This document shows positions 1 through 16,022 of a stretch of 64,000 nucleotides of DNA, piece after piece. The notes under the pieces were generated by a model. That model did no database searches, was not told the DNA's origin, and saw only the letters and a program-made list of their open reading frames with translations. The stretch is from the human T2T-CHM13v2.0 reference genome, Homo sapiens, in the NCBI RefSeq assembly GCF_009914755.1, contig NC_060941.1. One strand, written 5' to 3'. The translations under genes were made by a program, and so were the position numbers. Position 1 is the first letter of the stretch. Each line of letters opens with the position of its first letter.

Positions 1-214
1 TGTTAACATCCAGATTTCCTAGTTCCCATCTAGACTTATTGAGTTGTCACTCCTGGGGATAAGACCTGGGAGGTCCTCCTTTTAGCGTGCAACCCAGCTC
101 ACGCTTGTCCACAGCCAAGTTCAGCAACCAGTGTCCTCACTGCTCATGAGATGCAGTGCTGTTAGGAAGGGGCACCTGTCCTGGAGTTTGGGGTGCCGTG
201 GGGGCCGGCAATGA

Positions 215-421
<207 letters not shown>

Positions 422-569
422 TGAAAAGGTGGGGTTCATAGTTTCACAGATCAAGGACTTCAGAAATGGTGGAGGGGGCCAAGGTGGTTGGATTTCTTTA
501 GTCACAGGGTTGGGGTCCATTGAGTCACAATCCAGTTTTAAAGCGTGGTTTCCCTGGTTTCTTTTGCAG

Positions 570-621
570 ACACCGTATTTCTGGCCCACCCAGCAGTGGC
601 CAGCTGAAGATACCGATTACG
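570..621 (+). CDS. RGS9: RGS9 exon 5: [17 protein letters not shown]
   Basis: cttttgcag / G|gtaaat, 52 nt, phase consistent with neighbours. Confidence 0.97.
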
Positions 622-884
622 GTAAATACTTCAGCCCCAACTATGCCTTTGGTAGTGCTTAACATGCTGCTTATTTACTTGCTGCACTTTGGTGACATTT
701 GTCTTGCTGTCATCATGACCTTTCTGTCAGTCCACATCTGTACTGGGCATGTCCCCAGGGGCAAGGGGCTGGGTGTGCTGAGCGTTCTCTCCCCGACTCT
801 GAGCACAGCAGCCTCAGGCTTAGGGAGGCTGCAGATGGGGTTTTGAAAGATGATGATGGAAAATGTCATTGCTTTCTTTTCCAG

Positions 885-943
885 CCATCTATCTGGCCAA
901 GCGAAATATCAAAAAGAAAGGGATTTTGGAAGAATATGAAAAG
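885..943 (+). CDS. RGS9: RGS9 exon 6: (A)IYLAKRNIKKKGILEEYEK
   Basis: ctttcttttccag / AAG|gtatgg, 59 nt; CGA at 902-904 is Arg128 by my numbering. Confidence 0.97.
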
Positions 944-1237
944 GTATGGAGGTGCTTTTAAGTAGAGGTTGTTATAATTGAGTGGAAGATAGTTTTGAGC
1001 TGTACTTTCCTCATTCCCACATCACTACATTCATATGCGCCCACATTCATATGCAATCCATCCAGCCAGCCAGCTAGCCATCCATTTATTAATTAGAAGC
1101 AGCTAGCTGAAGTAAATTCTTTCTCATGTCTAACTTCAGTTTCTCTTGCTGTAATTTAAGCCCTTGCCTCAGTGGCTACTGGGCACACAGTGGCTACCCA
1201 CTTCCTTTTGCCATCCCAAAACAATGTGACATAATAA

Positions 1238-1613
<376 letters not shown>

Positions 1614-1723
1614 TAGGACTGTATAGACTTTTGTTTTAGGCTGGGTGAGTCCAGTTTCCCAAAGAACACATGCTAGCCCTCAAAAGGCCAAAATTTCTGG
1701 GTGGAGGGTTAAAATCTTGCTGT

Positions 1724-2031
1724 GTTTTTATTTTTATTTATATATTTATTTATTTATTTATTTATTTATTTGAGACAACGTCTTGCTCAATCACCCAGGC
1801 TGGCCTATAGTGGTGCAGTCTCGGCTCACTGCAACTTCTGTCTCCTGGGCTCAAGCCTCAGCCTCCCAAGCAGCTGGGACTACAGGAGCACACCACCATA
1901 CCCAGCTAATTTTTGTATTTTTTGTAGAGACAGGAGGCCCAGGCTAGTCTCAAACTCCTGGGCTCAAGTGATCCATCCACCTCAGCCTCCCGAAGTGCTG
2001 GGATTACAGGCGTGAGCCACCATGCTAGGCC
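1724..2031 (-). mobile_element. Alu (J-type), (TTTA)n tail
   Basis: Antisense dimer with internal deletions. Confidence 0.93.
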
Positions 2032-2076
2032 ACGTGTTTTTATTCTTACAAACATGTTTTCAGAAAGGCCGGTTTA

Positions 2077-2802
<726 letters not shown>

Positions 2803-3046
2803 GGGATACATTTATTTTTACAAAAGCAAAGAAAACCAATAAAAGTGAGGCTTCTTGTGAAAGTGTTTTGAGAATTCAGCTGCTCCTTGAGTGAACACCA
2901 TGGTAAAACCAGCTTAGATACCATCGGGCTGGGTCCATGGTTGCCATGAGCCAGGGGTGTGCCCTTGCTGACTTAGAGTTTGTTGCCCTGCGGCACATGG
3001 CATATGTCTTGGGGCTTTCTGTTCTCATTTTGTTTTTCTTCTTTAG

Positions 3047-3123
3047 GAAAATTACAATTTCTTGAACCAAAAAATGAACTATAAGTGGGACTTTGTCATT
3101 ATGCAGGCCAAAGAGCAGTACAG
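3047..3123 (+). CDS. RGS9: RGS9 exon 7 (DHEX): ENYNFLNQKMNYKWDFVIMQAKEQY(R)
   Basis: long pyrimidine tract + tag / CAG|gtgagt, 77 nt. Confidence 0.97.
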
Positions 3124-3180
3124 GTGAGTGAAAGGAGACCATGCTTGTCCTCTCGGTGTCTTTCCTCCCTCTCTTCCTTC

Positions 3181-3524
3181 TTTGTTTCTTTTTATTTATT
3201 TTATTTTTTATTTTTATTTTTTTTTTGAGACAGAGTCTTGCTCTGTCGCCCAGCCTGGAGTGCAGTGGTGTGATCTCGGCTCACTGCAACCTCCGCCTCC
3301 TGGGTTCAAGCGATTCTCCTGCCTTGCCTCCCAAGTAGCTGAGATTACAGGCACCCAGCACCATGCCTGGCTAATTTTTATTTATTATTATTATTATTTG
3401 TATTTTTAGTAGAGACGGGGTTTCACCATGTTGGCCAGGCTGGTCTCAAACTCCTGACCTCGTGATCAGCCTGCCTCAGTCTCCCAAAGTGCTGGGATTA
3501 CAGGCGTGAACCACTGCGCCTGGA
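3181..3524 (-). mobile_element. Alu (S-type)
   Basis: Antisense dimer with (ATT)n-expanded linker. Confidence 0.93.
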
Positions 3525-5869
3525 CTCTTTCCTTTTATTAAAATAAACTTGTTTTTGAGCATTTATGTGCCTAACACTGGGCTGCGCAGGGGGAATCAAA
3601 AGACACAGTCTCATAGGTCAGGCAGATGAAAGAATAGGCTATGGTGCTGCTGTGAGATGAGGGCCACCTGGCTGGGGTTTTCAGAAGGAATCGTAGAAAT
3701 GGCATTGAACCTGGGGAATGCATAGGAGGGGTCCAGGTGAAGGATAGCAGTTGTGGAGGAAGAGGAGAGGTGTGGTGAGAGGAAGGGGCTCTCAGCAGGC
3801 AGAACCAGAGGCTGGAGGCAGGAGTGTGCCCACTGCAAGCAGTTCCTTGCAGCTGCATCTGAGAGTGCAAAGTATGGAATTAGGAAGATGTGAACTAGAG
3901 ATGTTAGCAAGAGTGGATCGTGAGAGGGCTTTGTGGTGAGGGCCATAGGGAGCCATAGAATGATGTTTAAGCAGGGAAGGGATACACAGTGATCAGATTG
4001 TCATGTTAGAACCACGCCTCGTTCACTTGCATTTGCCTGTTGCCATATCAGAACTGGAACTGGAAGTCCCCTCCAGGGCTCTGCCTTAACAAGAGCTGGA
4101 TGCAGATATTGGGGACAGGGAGTGGTAGGGAGAGGGTGTGGTCAGGACAAGGTTAGCCTATCATTACAAACAGCCCCCAACTCTCAGGGGCTGGAAACCA
4201 CAAGGTCCATTTCTTGCTGGTGCTCCTCATCCACCGTGGGGCAGCTGGGGCCCTGACATGCTTTCCCCACTTCCAGGACCCATATGCAGAAGAAGCAGCA
4301 CCATCTGGGCTTTGTGCGTTGCTTAGCAGGGACAGGGATTTCCTGTGTGTATCAGAGCAGCCCTGTCATCCTGCTCATGAGTCACTAGGCAAAGCAGGTC
4401 AACGTCAAAGGTTGGTGGGTGGGGACATAGAATCCTACTAGGTGCCTGAGAAGAGGGACAGCTGGGAACATCTGGTGACCCGCACCAGTGATTACCAAAA
4501 CCGATGATCCCCCCAGTCCAGCCTCACTCGCTGTGACAGTCCCAGATCCAGGAAGGTCTAGACTTGCTGGTGCTCAGCTGGGCTGGATGGGGAAGACCTG
4601 ATTCTCACCCAGCAGCCTAGGTATTGGAGTAGTGATGAACACTGTTTATGGGAGAGCTGGTCCGGGAAAAATAGATTCTTATGGCGGAACAGCTTTATTG
4701 CCCTCCAGGGGGGAAAATATGTTCTTAGGGTTTAGAATCAGGTAGAACATCAGTGAGAGAGCTGCCACTGCTCATTAGCCACAAACATGTTTCTACCTGG
4801 GTACATTTGAGGCGAAACAACACGGGTTATCTTTAATCACTTATATTTGTTCATAAGGCTTCATTTGGTGAGTTTCTGGGTACTGTCTCACTTTATGTTG
4901 GTGTGGGGAAATACTTACCATAGTAATTATTGTCACCCTTCATTTCTACAAATGGGGAGACTGAGACTTAGGGAGGTGAAAATTACTTAGCTGAAGTCAC
5001 TTGGTGAGATAATGGTAGATCTTAGGCTGATATTACTTAATTCCATTTGTTGCACCAGTTTTGAGTTTCTGATGGGTTCCAGCACTGGGCTGGGCTCCAG
5101 GGACACAGAGATGGGTAAGATGTGCCCCTCTCCCTCAACCCCTCCATCCCTTCTTCCTCCTGTCTGCTCTGAGCAGGACTATCCCAGCAACCCACAGGAC
5201 TATGAACCCTGACATCTGCTTTCTTGGGCGCTCTGGGTGCTCTTGAAGCTTGGAGCTGTTCTCAGTGATCCCTGCAGGTCCACCACCAAGGCCTTGGACT
5301 CAGCTGCGATAAAGCTCTGTGCTGCCCAGGTCCTGGGACATTCCCCTCTTTCATTCTTCCAGGTGCCTTGGAATGAGCGATTCCTAAAAGGCTTGCTCCA
5401 TTTGAGATGGCTTTTTCCCACTTATTTTATGGCTTAAAGGCTGCCTCTGATTTCAGATTTAGGGTCTCAGCACAAAACGTGGTTGACCATGTAGGTTGGC
5501 CCATAAAGTAGTCATTTTGTTATGCTGAGTCCTGTCTTCCAAGTTCCACACTCAGCACCCAGACAGCTACTCAAGATCTCATGTTGCTGTCAAACCTCAA
5601 ACTTACCTTGTCCATATTCAAATATGTCTTTCCCTCACTCTCCAAACCTCTTCCTCCAGTATCACCCATATCAGTACCTCTACTGCCCCTACCCTGGTTG
5701 AACCAAACTCACCGTCACCTGAACCATGGCAACATCCTCCCAACTGGCCTCTCTGCTCCCAATTTCTCCCCATGTTTGAAACACAGATAAGATCACCTCA
5801 ATCCATCTTCTCTAGCTATCGGGGAGAACATTCACTTCCAATGTTACTTCCTCAAAGAGGCTTTTCTGA

Positions 5870-6372
5870 TTAGCTGTTACTGCACTCAGATCATCCTAAA
5901 TTTAGTGGCTCAAAACAACAACAATTATTTTATTATGTGTCCTGATTTCTATAGGTTAGGGATTTGGGAAGGTCTTGGCCTATCAATTCTAACTCAGAGT
6001 CTCTTGAGTGGTTGCTGTCAGATGGCTGGAGCTGGGGGCCTGGAGCAACTGGGGCTGGCTGGCATTTCCTACTCTCTTCTTGTAGCCTCTCTGTGTGGTC
6101 TAGCTTGAGCTACCTCACAGCATGGCGGCATCAGGGAGGGTTGTTAGATTGCTTAGAGGTGTTTGGGGACTTCAAGACCACATATTCCAGTAAGGAGGGT
6201 GACTGCTGTCCCACCTTTTATGGCCTGGCCTCAGAAATTAGTGCCATGCCTGACGTCCCATGTTGGTAGAAACCATCACAAAATCCCATCTAGCTTCAAG
6301 GGGAGGAGACATAGACACATCTGTCAATGGAAAGAGTGTCAAAGAATTGTAGACATATTTAAAAATCACCAC
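5870..6372. mobile_element. MLT1-type MaLR solo LTR inside a decayed L2
   Basis: ttagtggctcaaaacaac, ttggcctcagaa-like and agacatatttaaaaatcaccaca motifs; L2 tail (tgaa)n near 6565-6586. Confidence 0.6.
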
Positions 6373-6899
6373 AGAGGCCATCCCTGATGCTGCATGATGG
6401 TACTCTGTTTCCTTATGGCAAATAATGCAATTTGCAATTCTGTATTGATTCTTTGACTGTGTATGTGATGTTTAGCTCAAAAGCTACTCAAGGGCAGGGA
6501 CTATGTTTGGTTCACCAGTAGACTCCCAGTGCTTGGAATATACTGGAAGATCAATGAGTACATGAATGAACGAATGAATGAATGAAAAATTAAGCAAATG
6601 CTGTTGCTGAAAAAATCACAAACTAAAGTAATTCCTAGGTTACTAACTCTCTTGCATTCCATTTATCATGACTCTCCTCTAATAACATCTGTTACAGAAA
6701 AGCAGAAGAGCAAAGCCGGAAAGGACCCGTGGGGTAAATCAGAGAGTGACTCTATTTACCAGGCTCTCCAGCATTGTGGAAACTGCAATGCCTCAGGCTG
6801 GTTGTGGCCCATGCTCCTGAGGTCAGGGGCTAGTTAATGTGGTAGAAAATCCAGTTAGGCTGTCAGGGGGAAGTTTGAAAACAATGTTTATATTTAATT

Positions 6900-7180
6900 T
6901 CCAGAGGAGGCTGACGGAACGCCCAAATGGAATGGCGCTGTTCACCCATCTGGCTCCCTGAGTGTTATGATGTTTTTCACAGTACGTTAACGGGGAGATG
7001 AATTCGCCGACTCTGTCTTGCAGAGGGCGTGTGCGTCATCCCACGTTGCCTGGGAAAACAAGCATTAACAAGTGTGAGCGCGGGTCTCCGTGGAAATGGT
7101 ACAGAAGGGGGCCCACGGCGGGATCATTAGTGTTACTTTGCCCCTGGAGGAAGAAGGCCCTGCGTCATTTCCCATCCAGA
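6900..7180. promoter_or_regulatory. Candidate intronic enhancer: CpG-retaining unique sequence with CRE/ATF-like TGCGTCA at 7032 and 7161
   Basis: About 16 CpG in 280 bp, in CpG-poor surroundings. Confidence 0.4.
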
Positions 7181-7202
7181 GTGGGAAAGGGAGAGAGACT
7201 GA

Positions 7203-7535
<333 letters not shown>

Positions 7536-8069
7536 ATAAATAGCCTTTTATAGCAATAAGTTGTGCTCAGAAAAAGCCCCGACGTGGCATGAACTCTTTG
7601 CAGTGCCAGAGTAGAAGTTACAGGCACGGAGGAGAGAGGACTCCCCAGGCCAGCATCTTCCTTGTCACCATCCCACAGGGGGTTGCCTGCCTGACCAGAC
7701 GTTGACTATGTTGTTTGCCCAAACAGGGAAAAGTTAAGAAGCCAGGAGGTCAAATGTCGACCCGGAAGTTCACCCATGCGCGCTGCTCTCTAATGTTGAA
7801 GTTGGTGGAGTTGGTTTGATTTAGGGCTGGTGGCGGCAATATGATCTCAGTGCAGCACTGTCCTGTCCGGGGGAGTTAGACCCTGGCCAGACTCCCAAGT
7901 GCAAGTGCCACTTCTGCCAATTGCTAGCAGTGTGACCCTGGTGGGCTGGTGGGGCATTCACCCCCTCTTCATTTCAGTGCCCTGAACTTTGAAGTAAGAA
8001 AAGGCCACCGGGAGGATGAAGTGGGATTAAAAGAGTTAATACGTGTCAAAGTGGTTAGAAGGGTGCTAG

Positions 8070-8408
<339 letters not shown>

Positions 8409-10034
8409 TAGGGCGAGAATTGGATCAGCAGGAGGAGCTGCTCAGTGTTGGGTTAGCATCCAAGTGCCTCTTGGCCAGAAAAGGAAGTTCTCTGCCTGGA
8501 TGGGGTCTGCTCATGGCCCATCTGTTGGTGTTAGGTAGGGAGGGACCTGAATGAATTTGTCTTTTACGAGGGCTGGGACTTTTTTTTTTTTTTTTTTTTT
8601 TGCTAGGATATCATACCTTGGGAAAGGAATATAAGGAGAAAAAATTAGAACGTAGGCCCCAATGGAGGCGCCAATGCAGAAAAATAGAGTCCCGTGAGAA
8701 TGGAAACTGCTTGGCCAAAGTTCTCCTTGGTGTCTCTAGCTCCCTCACTTTTTCCTCTCCTAGATCCAGTTCCCAGCAGCTGAGATGGGAGAAGGAGAAG
8801 GAATACGTCTGTGTTGAGCTTCTCCTTGCTTGGAGCACACTGAATCTCTGGCTTTGGGACTTCAGTGGCCCAGAGGGACAAGCTGTACAGAGCTGGTGTA
8901 ACTTGCCCCAGCTCATCACTGGGAAATGGTAGCCTCATTCCCCAGCACACAGAAGTGGGGTCTGACTGCTACATACTGGGATTAACTCTGCTACCTCAGT
9001 TTCCTCCTGTACAGCTCCCTGTGCTGCCTATGGGTCATGGGAGGTAGGAGATGTGAATGAGATTCTGGAAACCGAAGAGTTAGAAAGAAATGTTCTTCCT
9101 CCTCTTCCTTTAGCTTCCTTGCCTGCCAGGTATCAGAAATTCTCAGAAGCAGAAGGAGAACTGAGTGAGGCCTGGTGTCAGAGTTTATGGATTTTTGAGT
9201 TTCAAGCCCATCCGATTTTGGCTGTTTTGCTTATATTCTTTATATACTGAAAACAGATTCTCCTAAGGTGTTCCACTCTGTAGCGGCATGGGTTTGGATG
9301 CTGTGTTGCTGAGGTTAAGGTGCTGAGGTTGATCCCAAACAGCTTGTTTGATTTTTTCTTTGCTTCAGGGTTTCTCCTCTAGGGAAACCAGTTTACAGAT
9401 GCCTGACGCAGGTATCTGGGGGCCGGGTGACAGAGCACAGGGTCCCAGAGATAAGCACCCCTCCTGGTTGGTAGCGAAGAAACTCTTTGTATGAGAAGGA
9501 GCCTCACATTGCTCGTGTGTTCCAGAAGCACTCTGTGGTGAGGATAAGGAGACATGGCGGATATGCCACATTTGGCAAGACACCTTGGTGCCCAGTGGCA
9601 CCATACCTGAGGGTAGGTAAAGAACGGCTTCTATATTATGTGCAGAGACTCCTCACTGTGCGAATGCCTATGTGACTACATTCCTTGCAAAGTGACATAG
9701 ACTAGCTATGCATTAACATGAAAAATTGATCATCCGGGTTCTTCTCAGTTCTTCTGGGGTAAGTTCTCAGCCCCCACCAGGCTAGTGGCTGAGTGGCTCT
9801 TCACAGGATGATGCTGAATCACATAAATATGACCATGTGTCTCTATGACCACTGCCTCCCCCCCAGCCCATCTCCACCACCATGACCGTCATCCCACCTC
9901 CCACTCCCTCACCTCCTTTATCTCCCTGACCTCTACCACCTCTCTTATTTCCCCCACTTTCTCCACCACCTCCACCACCCTTATTGTCTTCATCACTGTG
10001 GTCACTGTCACCGTCACCATCACAGTAGACATGA

Positions 10035-10386
<352 letters not shown>

Positions 10387-12233
10387 GCCTTCTGCATTCT
10401 TATTGAACCTTTGCAGCCCTGTGTGGAAGGGTTTATTATTATTCTCATTGTACTGATAAGCAAGTGAAAGCTCAAGGATGCTGCTAATTTGCCCAAAGTT
10501 ACACAGCTAGTTAGTGCCAGAGGGTCTGAACCCACATACCACTGACTGTGGAGCACCAACCCCTGCACCTTAGCCCTGTGCACTTCTGCCTCTCATGACA
10601 ATGTCATGTGATATCTTGGTACAGTTCAGTCCTTTGGTAACCTCCTCGGTCATTAGAACGTTGCCTGGGTCACTGCTGCTCTAAGAAGCCGAATGCCTGG
10701 GTTTACACGTGCCTGGTCCTTCTTTGACAGCACTGGGGACCCAAGTTCAGCATGAGGCTTTGATGGACTCAGAGTGGTCCTAGAACTTCCAGGACTAAAA
10801 ACTGCTCCCCACATCTAACCTCTTTCATGGCTGCTCCCTGAGTGAAAACCAGACCAGTAGTCAAAGATGAGGCAGGAGAGTGCAGTGGCCCCACTCTCTG
10901 TGATTTTCTTAAAATTCTCCCCATCTCTTGTTGGCCTGTGGGGGTGGAAGGTAGTGTTTTTGAAGAGCATCTCAGTCTAGAAATTGAGCAATCTGACTGA
11001 CAGGCTCAGGAAGCCCCGGAGCTCACAGGCTGCCAGACTGTCTCCAGGAGACCCAAACAAACCGTCAGTTCAATGGGAAAAAAGCCAGCCAAGGCAAACA
11101 AAGCACTTGGCGCCGTGGAGTGTCGCGGCCACTCCGTGTCAGACTGTAACCAACAGTTGTAGAGTGAGACGTGGCCTGCTGTTACTGAACCGACTCATTC
11201 ACTTGTTCATTTGTCTGTTCATTGATCCATGAAATCTTCGTTGAGCCTTGACTTTGTCCCAGGGAAGGGGTTAGGTGCTGGGTGTGAAATAACAGCCAAG
11301 AGTCATTGAGTACTCCTCTGAACCTGTGTTAAGCTCTTGGCACAGATGACCTCATTGACGCCTGATGCTATGATGTAGGGAATATCACCATCCCCGTTAT
11401 TCAGATGGAGAAATTGAGGCTCATAGAGGTTCAGTAGCCTGCTCAGTTCTGGGAGAGGAAGCCACATCTTTCTGATGGTAAAGCCCGATATTCTGCTTCT
11501 GTGCAAGGAGGCCCCACCCGTGGTCCCTCTCTCAGCTCAAGGAGCTCAAAATCCAAATTGCTGGAGCACAGGTGAGTGACACTCTCCCAGAGATAAGACC
11601 TAATTGCAGAAGGGGCACAGCGAGAGGGTGATTGATTTAGAAAGGCAGGGAGAAATGTCTGATAGATGGTGTTTCAGGGAGATCATCACTGGCAAAGGCC
11701 AAGACCCCACGTGGGTGGTGGTAGTTGAGGGCTCTGACCTGAATTCCTACCCAGAGCCCAAAGGACACCTGTGATTCAGCATCCTGTAATGAAGGAAAAC
11801 GATGTTTCTCACCTGTTTTTTACTCAAATGGAACCAAGTACAGATCTGAGCACGATGCAAACAACAGTGAGTTTTGTAAATGAACAAAGGGAGAAAGTGC
11901 TCCCTTAGACAGGCATGTGGAGGCCTTCCCTGCATCTTTGCTGTGCCATCTGTGACTTCCTGCCTCCCAAGGATGTAGTCTGAGGCTGCTTCCTGGCGGT
12001 GGGTGTGCTTATCTGCTTATCAAGCTAAATGACCCTTGTTTCAACCACATATGCAGACACTTGCCAGAGATGTCTGCCCTCCATTTCCCATCGAAGTTAG
12101 GCTAAATGTCCAACAATGGAAAATGGCAAAATAAATTGAGGTATATTAACATGATGGAACATTGTGAAGCTATTCAAATAATATTTTCAAAGGCCATTCA
12201 TTGATCTAGGAAAATGATCTGACATACAATGTG

Positions 12234-12524
12234 TTTTTTGTTTGTTTGTTGTTTTTTGTTTGTTTTTGAGACAGAGTCTCGCTCTGGGGTGCAGTGGCAT
12301 GGTCTTGGCTCACTGCAACCTCTGCCTCTTGGGTTCAAGCAATTCTCCTGAATCAGCCTCCTGAGTAGCTGGAATTACAGGCGCCTGCCACCACACCTGG
12401 CTAATTTTTGTATTTTTAGTAGAGACGGCGGTTTCACCATGTTGGCCAGGCTGGTCTCGAACTCCTGACTCTACCTTGGCCTCCCAAAGTGCTAGGATTC
12501 CAGGCATGAGCCACTGTGGCGGCC
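12234..12524 (-). mobile_element. Alu with internal deletions
   Basis: Antisense dimer, (TTTG)n tail. Confidence 0.92.
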
Positions 12525-12879
12525 TGACACATAATGTTATATTATAAAACCAGGGTGGGTGGAATGCTCCATGTGCCATGGTCCAAAAATAAAAAATAAA
12601 AAAAATTAACATATATTTTGTGAATATCTGCTCTATGCCGGGTGCTTACTAGGCATTGGGGATATTTGGATTATGAGCCAAGACAGACATTGCCCGTGAC
12701 CTCAAGGAGTTTCTTGCAGTCTGGTGGAGAGACAAAGACTAAAATGATTAAACCAATGAATGAGTAACAAGCAGAATGCCATGGCAGCTGGTAGGAGGCA
12801 GGGGCTCTGCGTCCGGTTGGGGGTCAGGGAACACAGGACACAGGACGTGGAGAGTGACATTCAAGCCAAGATCCTCTAG

Positions 12880-13254
<375 letters not shown>

Positions 13255-14391
13255 CTCATCTCTATTTCTTTCCCCTGTCTTATTTTGTTTAGAAAACGAG
13301 TTAGTGTTTTACTTAGTATTTGTTTTCTGTTCCATGCACCAGAAGAGTCTGATATTTTTGGGAAGAGAGTGAAGCTGAGAGAAGGAGGGGCAGGGGGACA
13401 CGGTGGAGTACCACCGAGAAGTGTCCGTCAGCTCCACGCTGGCCTTGCTCTGTATGTGGGTTCCTGGGAACATCGCCTCCTCACGAGCAGTTGTCACGAG
13501 TACAGGAGCTCCTTTCCTGACCTGAATGATGATGCATTGAGCAAATTGCCTCTTTGGCTTACACCCAAGGGATGTTGTTTGTGGGGGGCGGGGTCATACC
13601 CTGGTGTTCACAGTTCCTCAGGGTGGAGGAGGGGAGCTTGCATGTCTCTGAAGGCTTCCTGCATGAGGCACCAGGGCAGAAAGTGCCTGCTGCCTCCTTA
13701 TCTGCGGGCCACACACCGCAGGATGCATCGGCTGCCCTTATTTCCTGGGCGCTGACAGTCAGTTCTGGTTAACTTCATCTGAACACCCTGTTATGTGCCA
13801 GAAACTGTGTCAGCAGCACTCTGGTGATGATCATAGTGGGTCAAAGACTTTACACTACCTGATGAATGAAGAAATGGATGAATGAAAGGAGCTTGGGAGT
13901 CTCTGAAACCAGCAGAGGCAGAAAGGCAGCCCTCTCACCAGTTTCGAGGGCAGGGAACTGGAAAAGGACCACAGCTTGATTGGGAACAACTGAGACTTAA
14001 GGGCTGCTGCCCACAGAGGTGCAAGAGCCGAGGCAGCAGTGGCCAGAGGACTGTGCCTGGCTGTTCTGTAGGGAAGGCATGGAGAGCCAGGTTGGGGCTG
14101 GAACTGGACAGGCTGGCAGAATCATGAAGCCCAGTGGGTGGCTGCAGGTCTGAGAGTCTAAGGCCGTCTGGTCTGGGCAGCTGAGGGCATAGAGGACTCT
14201 ATCTCAGTTATGCAGTGCACTGTTGAGCACTGGGGCAACCAAATTTATATCAGAGCCTGGGGCACATTGGAAGGAAAGAACTAGATAACGAATTCAAGAC
14301 TTGAGCAGATGACCACACCGAAGTCACCGAGGCAGTGAGCGCCTGTGGAATAGCAGCCAGACACTGGTTGTAGGGCATCATGAGCACAGGC

Positions 14392-15357
14392 TGTGTGTGA
14401 GTGTGAGTGCATGTCAGTATGTCTGGGTGTGCATGTATGTGAGTGAGTGTGTGAATGTATGTGTGCGAGTGTGTGTACATGTGTGCATGTGTGTGAGCAT
14501 GTATGTCAGTGTGTTGGCGTGTCAAGGTGTGCATGTATGTGAGAATATGTATGTATGTGTGAGAGTGTGTAGATGTGTACATGTAAGTGAGCATGTATGT
14601 GAGTGTGAGTGTGCATATGTATATGTGAGTGTGCCTAGGTTTGTGCATGCATGTAAACATATATGTGTCAGTATGCACGTGTGTGAGTGTGTGAATGTGT
14701 TATGTGTGAGCATGCATATGTGTGTGCATGTATGTGAGCATGTTTTTGTGTATTCATTCTCATAGTGTTATAAAGAAATACGCAAGACTGGGTAATTTAT
14801 AAAGGAAAGAGGTTTAATTGACTCACAGTTCTGCATGGCTGGGGAAGTCTCAGGAAACTTACAATCATGGCGGAACGGGAAAAGGCACATCTGACATGGT
14901 GGCAGGCGAGAGAGAGCGAGTATGTGAAAGAGGAACTGTCAGACACTTATAAAACCATCAGATCTCATGAGAACTCACTATCATGAGAACAGCATGGGGG
15001 ACACCACCCCCATAATCCAGTCACCTCCCACCAGGTCTCTCCCTCAATCCCTGGGGATTATGGAGATTACAGTTCAAGATGATATTTGGGTGGGAACACA
15101 GAACCAAACCATATTAATGTGTGTGTGTGTGTGTGTGTCAGGACATGTGTGTATGTGAGTGTGTGTGAGTGTGCATATGTACATGTGGGAGTATGTGTAG
15201 GTGTGTGCATGTATGTGAGCATGCGTGTGTGAGTGTGCCAGTGTGTCAGGGCATGTATGTATGTGAGCATGTGTGAGTGTGCATATGTATGTATGAGAGT
15301 GTGTGGGTGTGTGAGTGTGAGTGTGAGAGTGTGTGAACGTGCCAAAGTGTGTGTATG
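14392..15357. repeat. Degenerate (TG/TGCA/TGTA)n tract interrupted by an LTR
   Basis: Alternating purine-pyrimidine sequence on both sides of 14749-15116. Confidence 0.9.
14749..15116 (-). mobile_element. THE1/MST-type MaLR solo LTR (THE1D-like)
   Basis: gactgggtaatttataaaggaaagaggtttaattgactcacagttc ... ccaaaccatatta. Confidence 0.88.
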
Positions 15358-15827
15358 AAGTCTGCCTTCAGTTATGCAGGGGGATTTCTCCATACCAGAT
15401 TCAGGGGGCAACTCCTAGAACCCTTTTTGGCAAAGGCACTGACTCTGCTGAGCCCCTGCCATGTGAGGTTAGATCCCATGGTGTTATCCCTTCAAGACAC
15501 CTGTCTCAACTCTAATTTATCCTTTGTGTGATTAATTGCTGAGTGGCTACCTCCCCCTTGAGACTGGGAGTGCCTCAGTAATGCCTGCTGGGGAGCAGTG
15601 GTCTCGGGGCACACTCACCATGGGCTCCCCAGGGCTCAGCACAATGTCCGGCACATAAGAAGTGCCCCATAGATATTTGCTGATCAAGATCCACTTGTAA
15701 CAACTAGGGTAAGGATGGCCATTCCCTTTCCCTGTCCTCCTCCCCACCCACTTTCTATTGCCTTTTCCTTTCTCTTCCCTGTGTCGTCTTGTCTGCACAT
15801 ATTTGCCTCCATGGTAGCCCGGTGAGC

Positions 15828-16022
15828 TAGGTTGCTAGATTTAGCAAATAAAATACAGGAAATTTGGTTGAATTTGAATTTCAGATAAACAACAAATAAT
15901 TTTTATGTAAAATGTATTTTGTATATTTAGTATAAATATATAATAAGCATCAAAATATTGGGACAGAAATTATTTGCCATTTATCTTAAATTAACTGGGC
16001 TTCCTACATTTTATCTGGCAGT
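15828..16022. mobile_element. MER53-like palindromic DNA transposon remnant
   Basis: gttgctagatttagcaaataaaatacagg ... ttttatctggca termini. Confidence 0.7.

Noticed and set aside
9340-9620. Acceptor-like tract (ttttttctttgcttcag) with downstream GT sites in intron 8
   Set aside because: Donors are mediocre, and such pseudo-exons are common.
15828-16022. MER53-derived miR-1302-like hairpin
   Set aside because: The arm that would carry the mature sequence breaks off after ttgggaca; the palindrome is degraded, and the copy at 24300 is more deleted.
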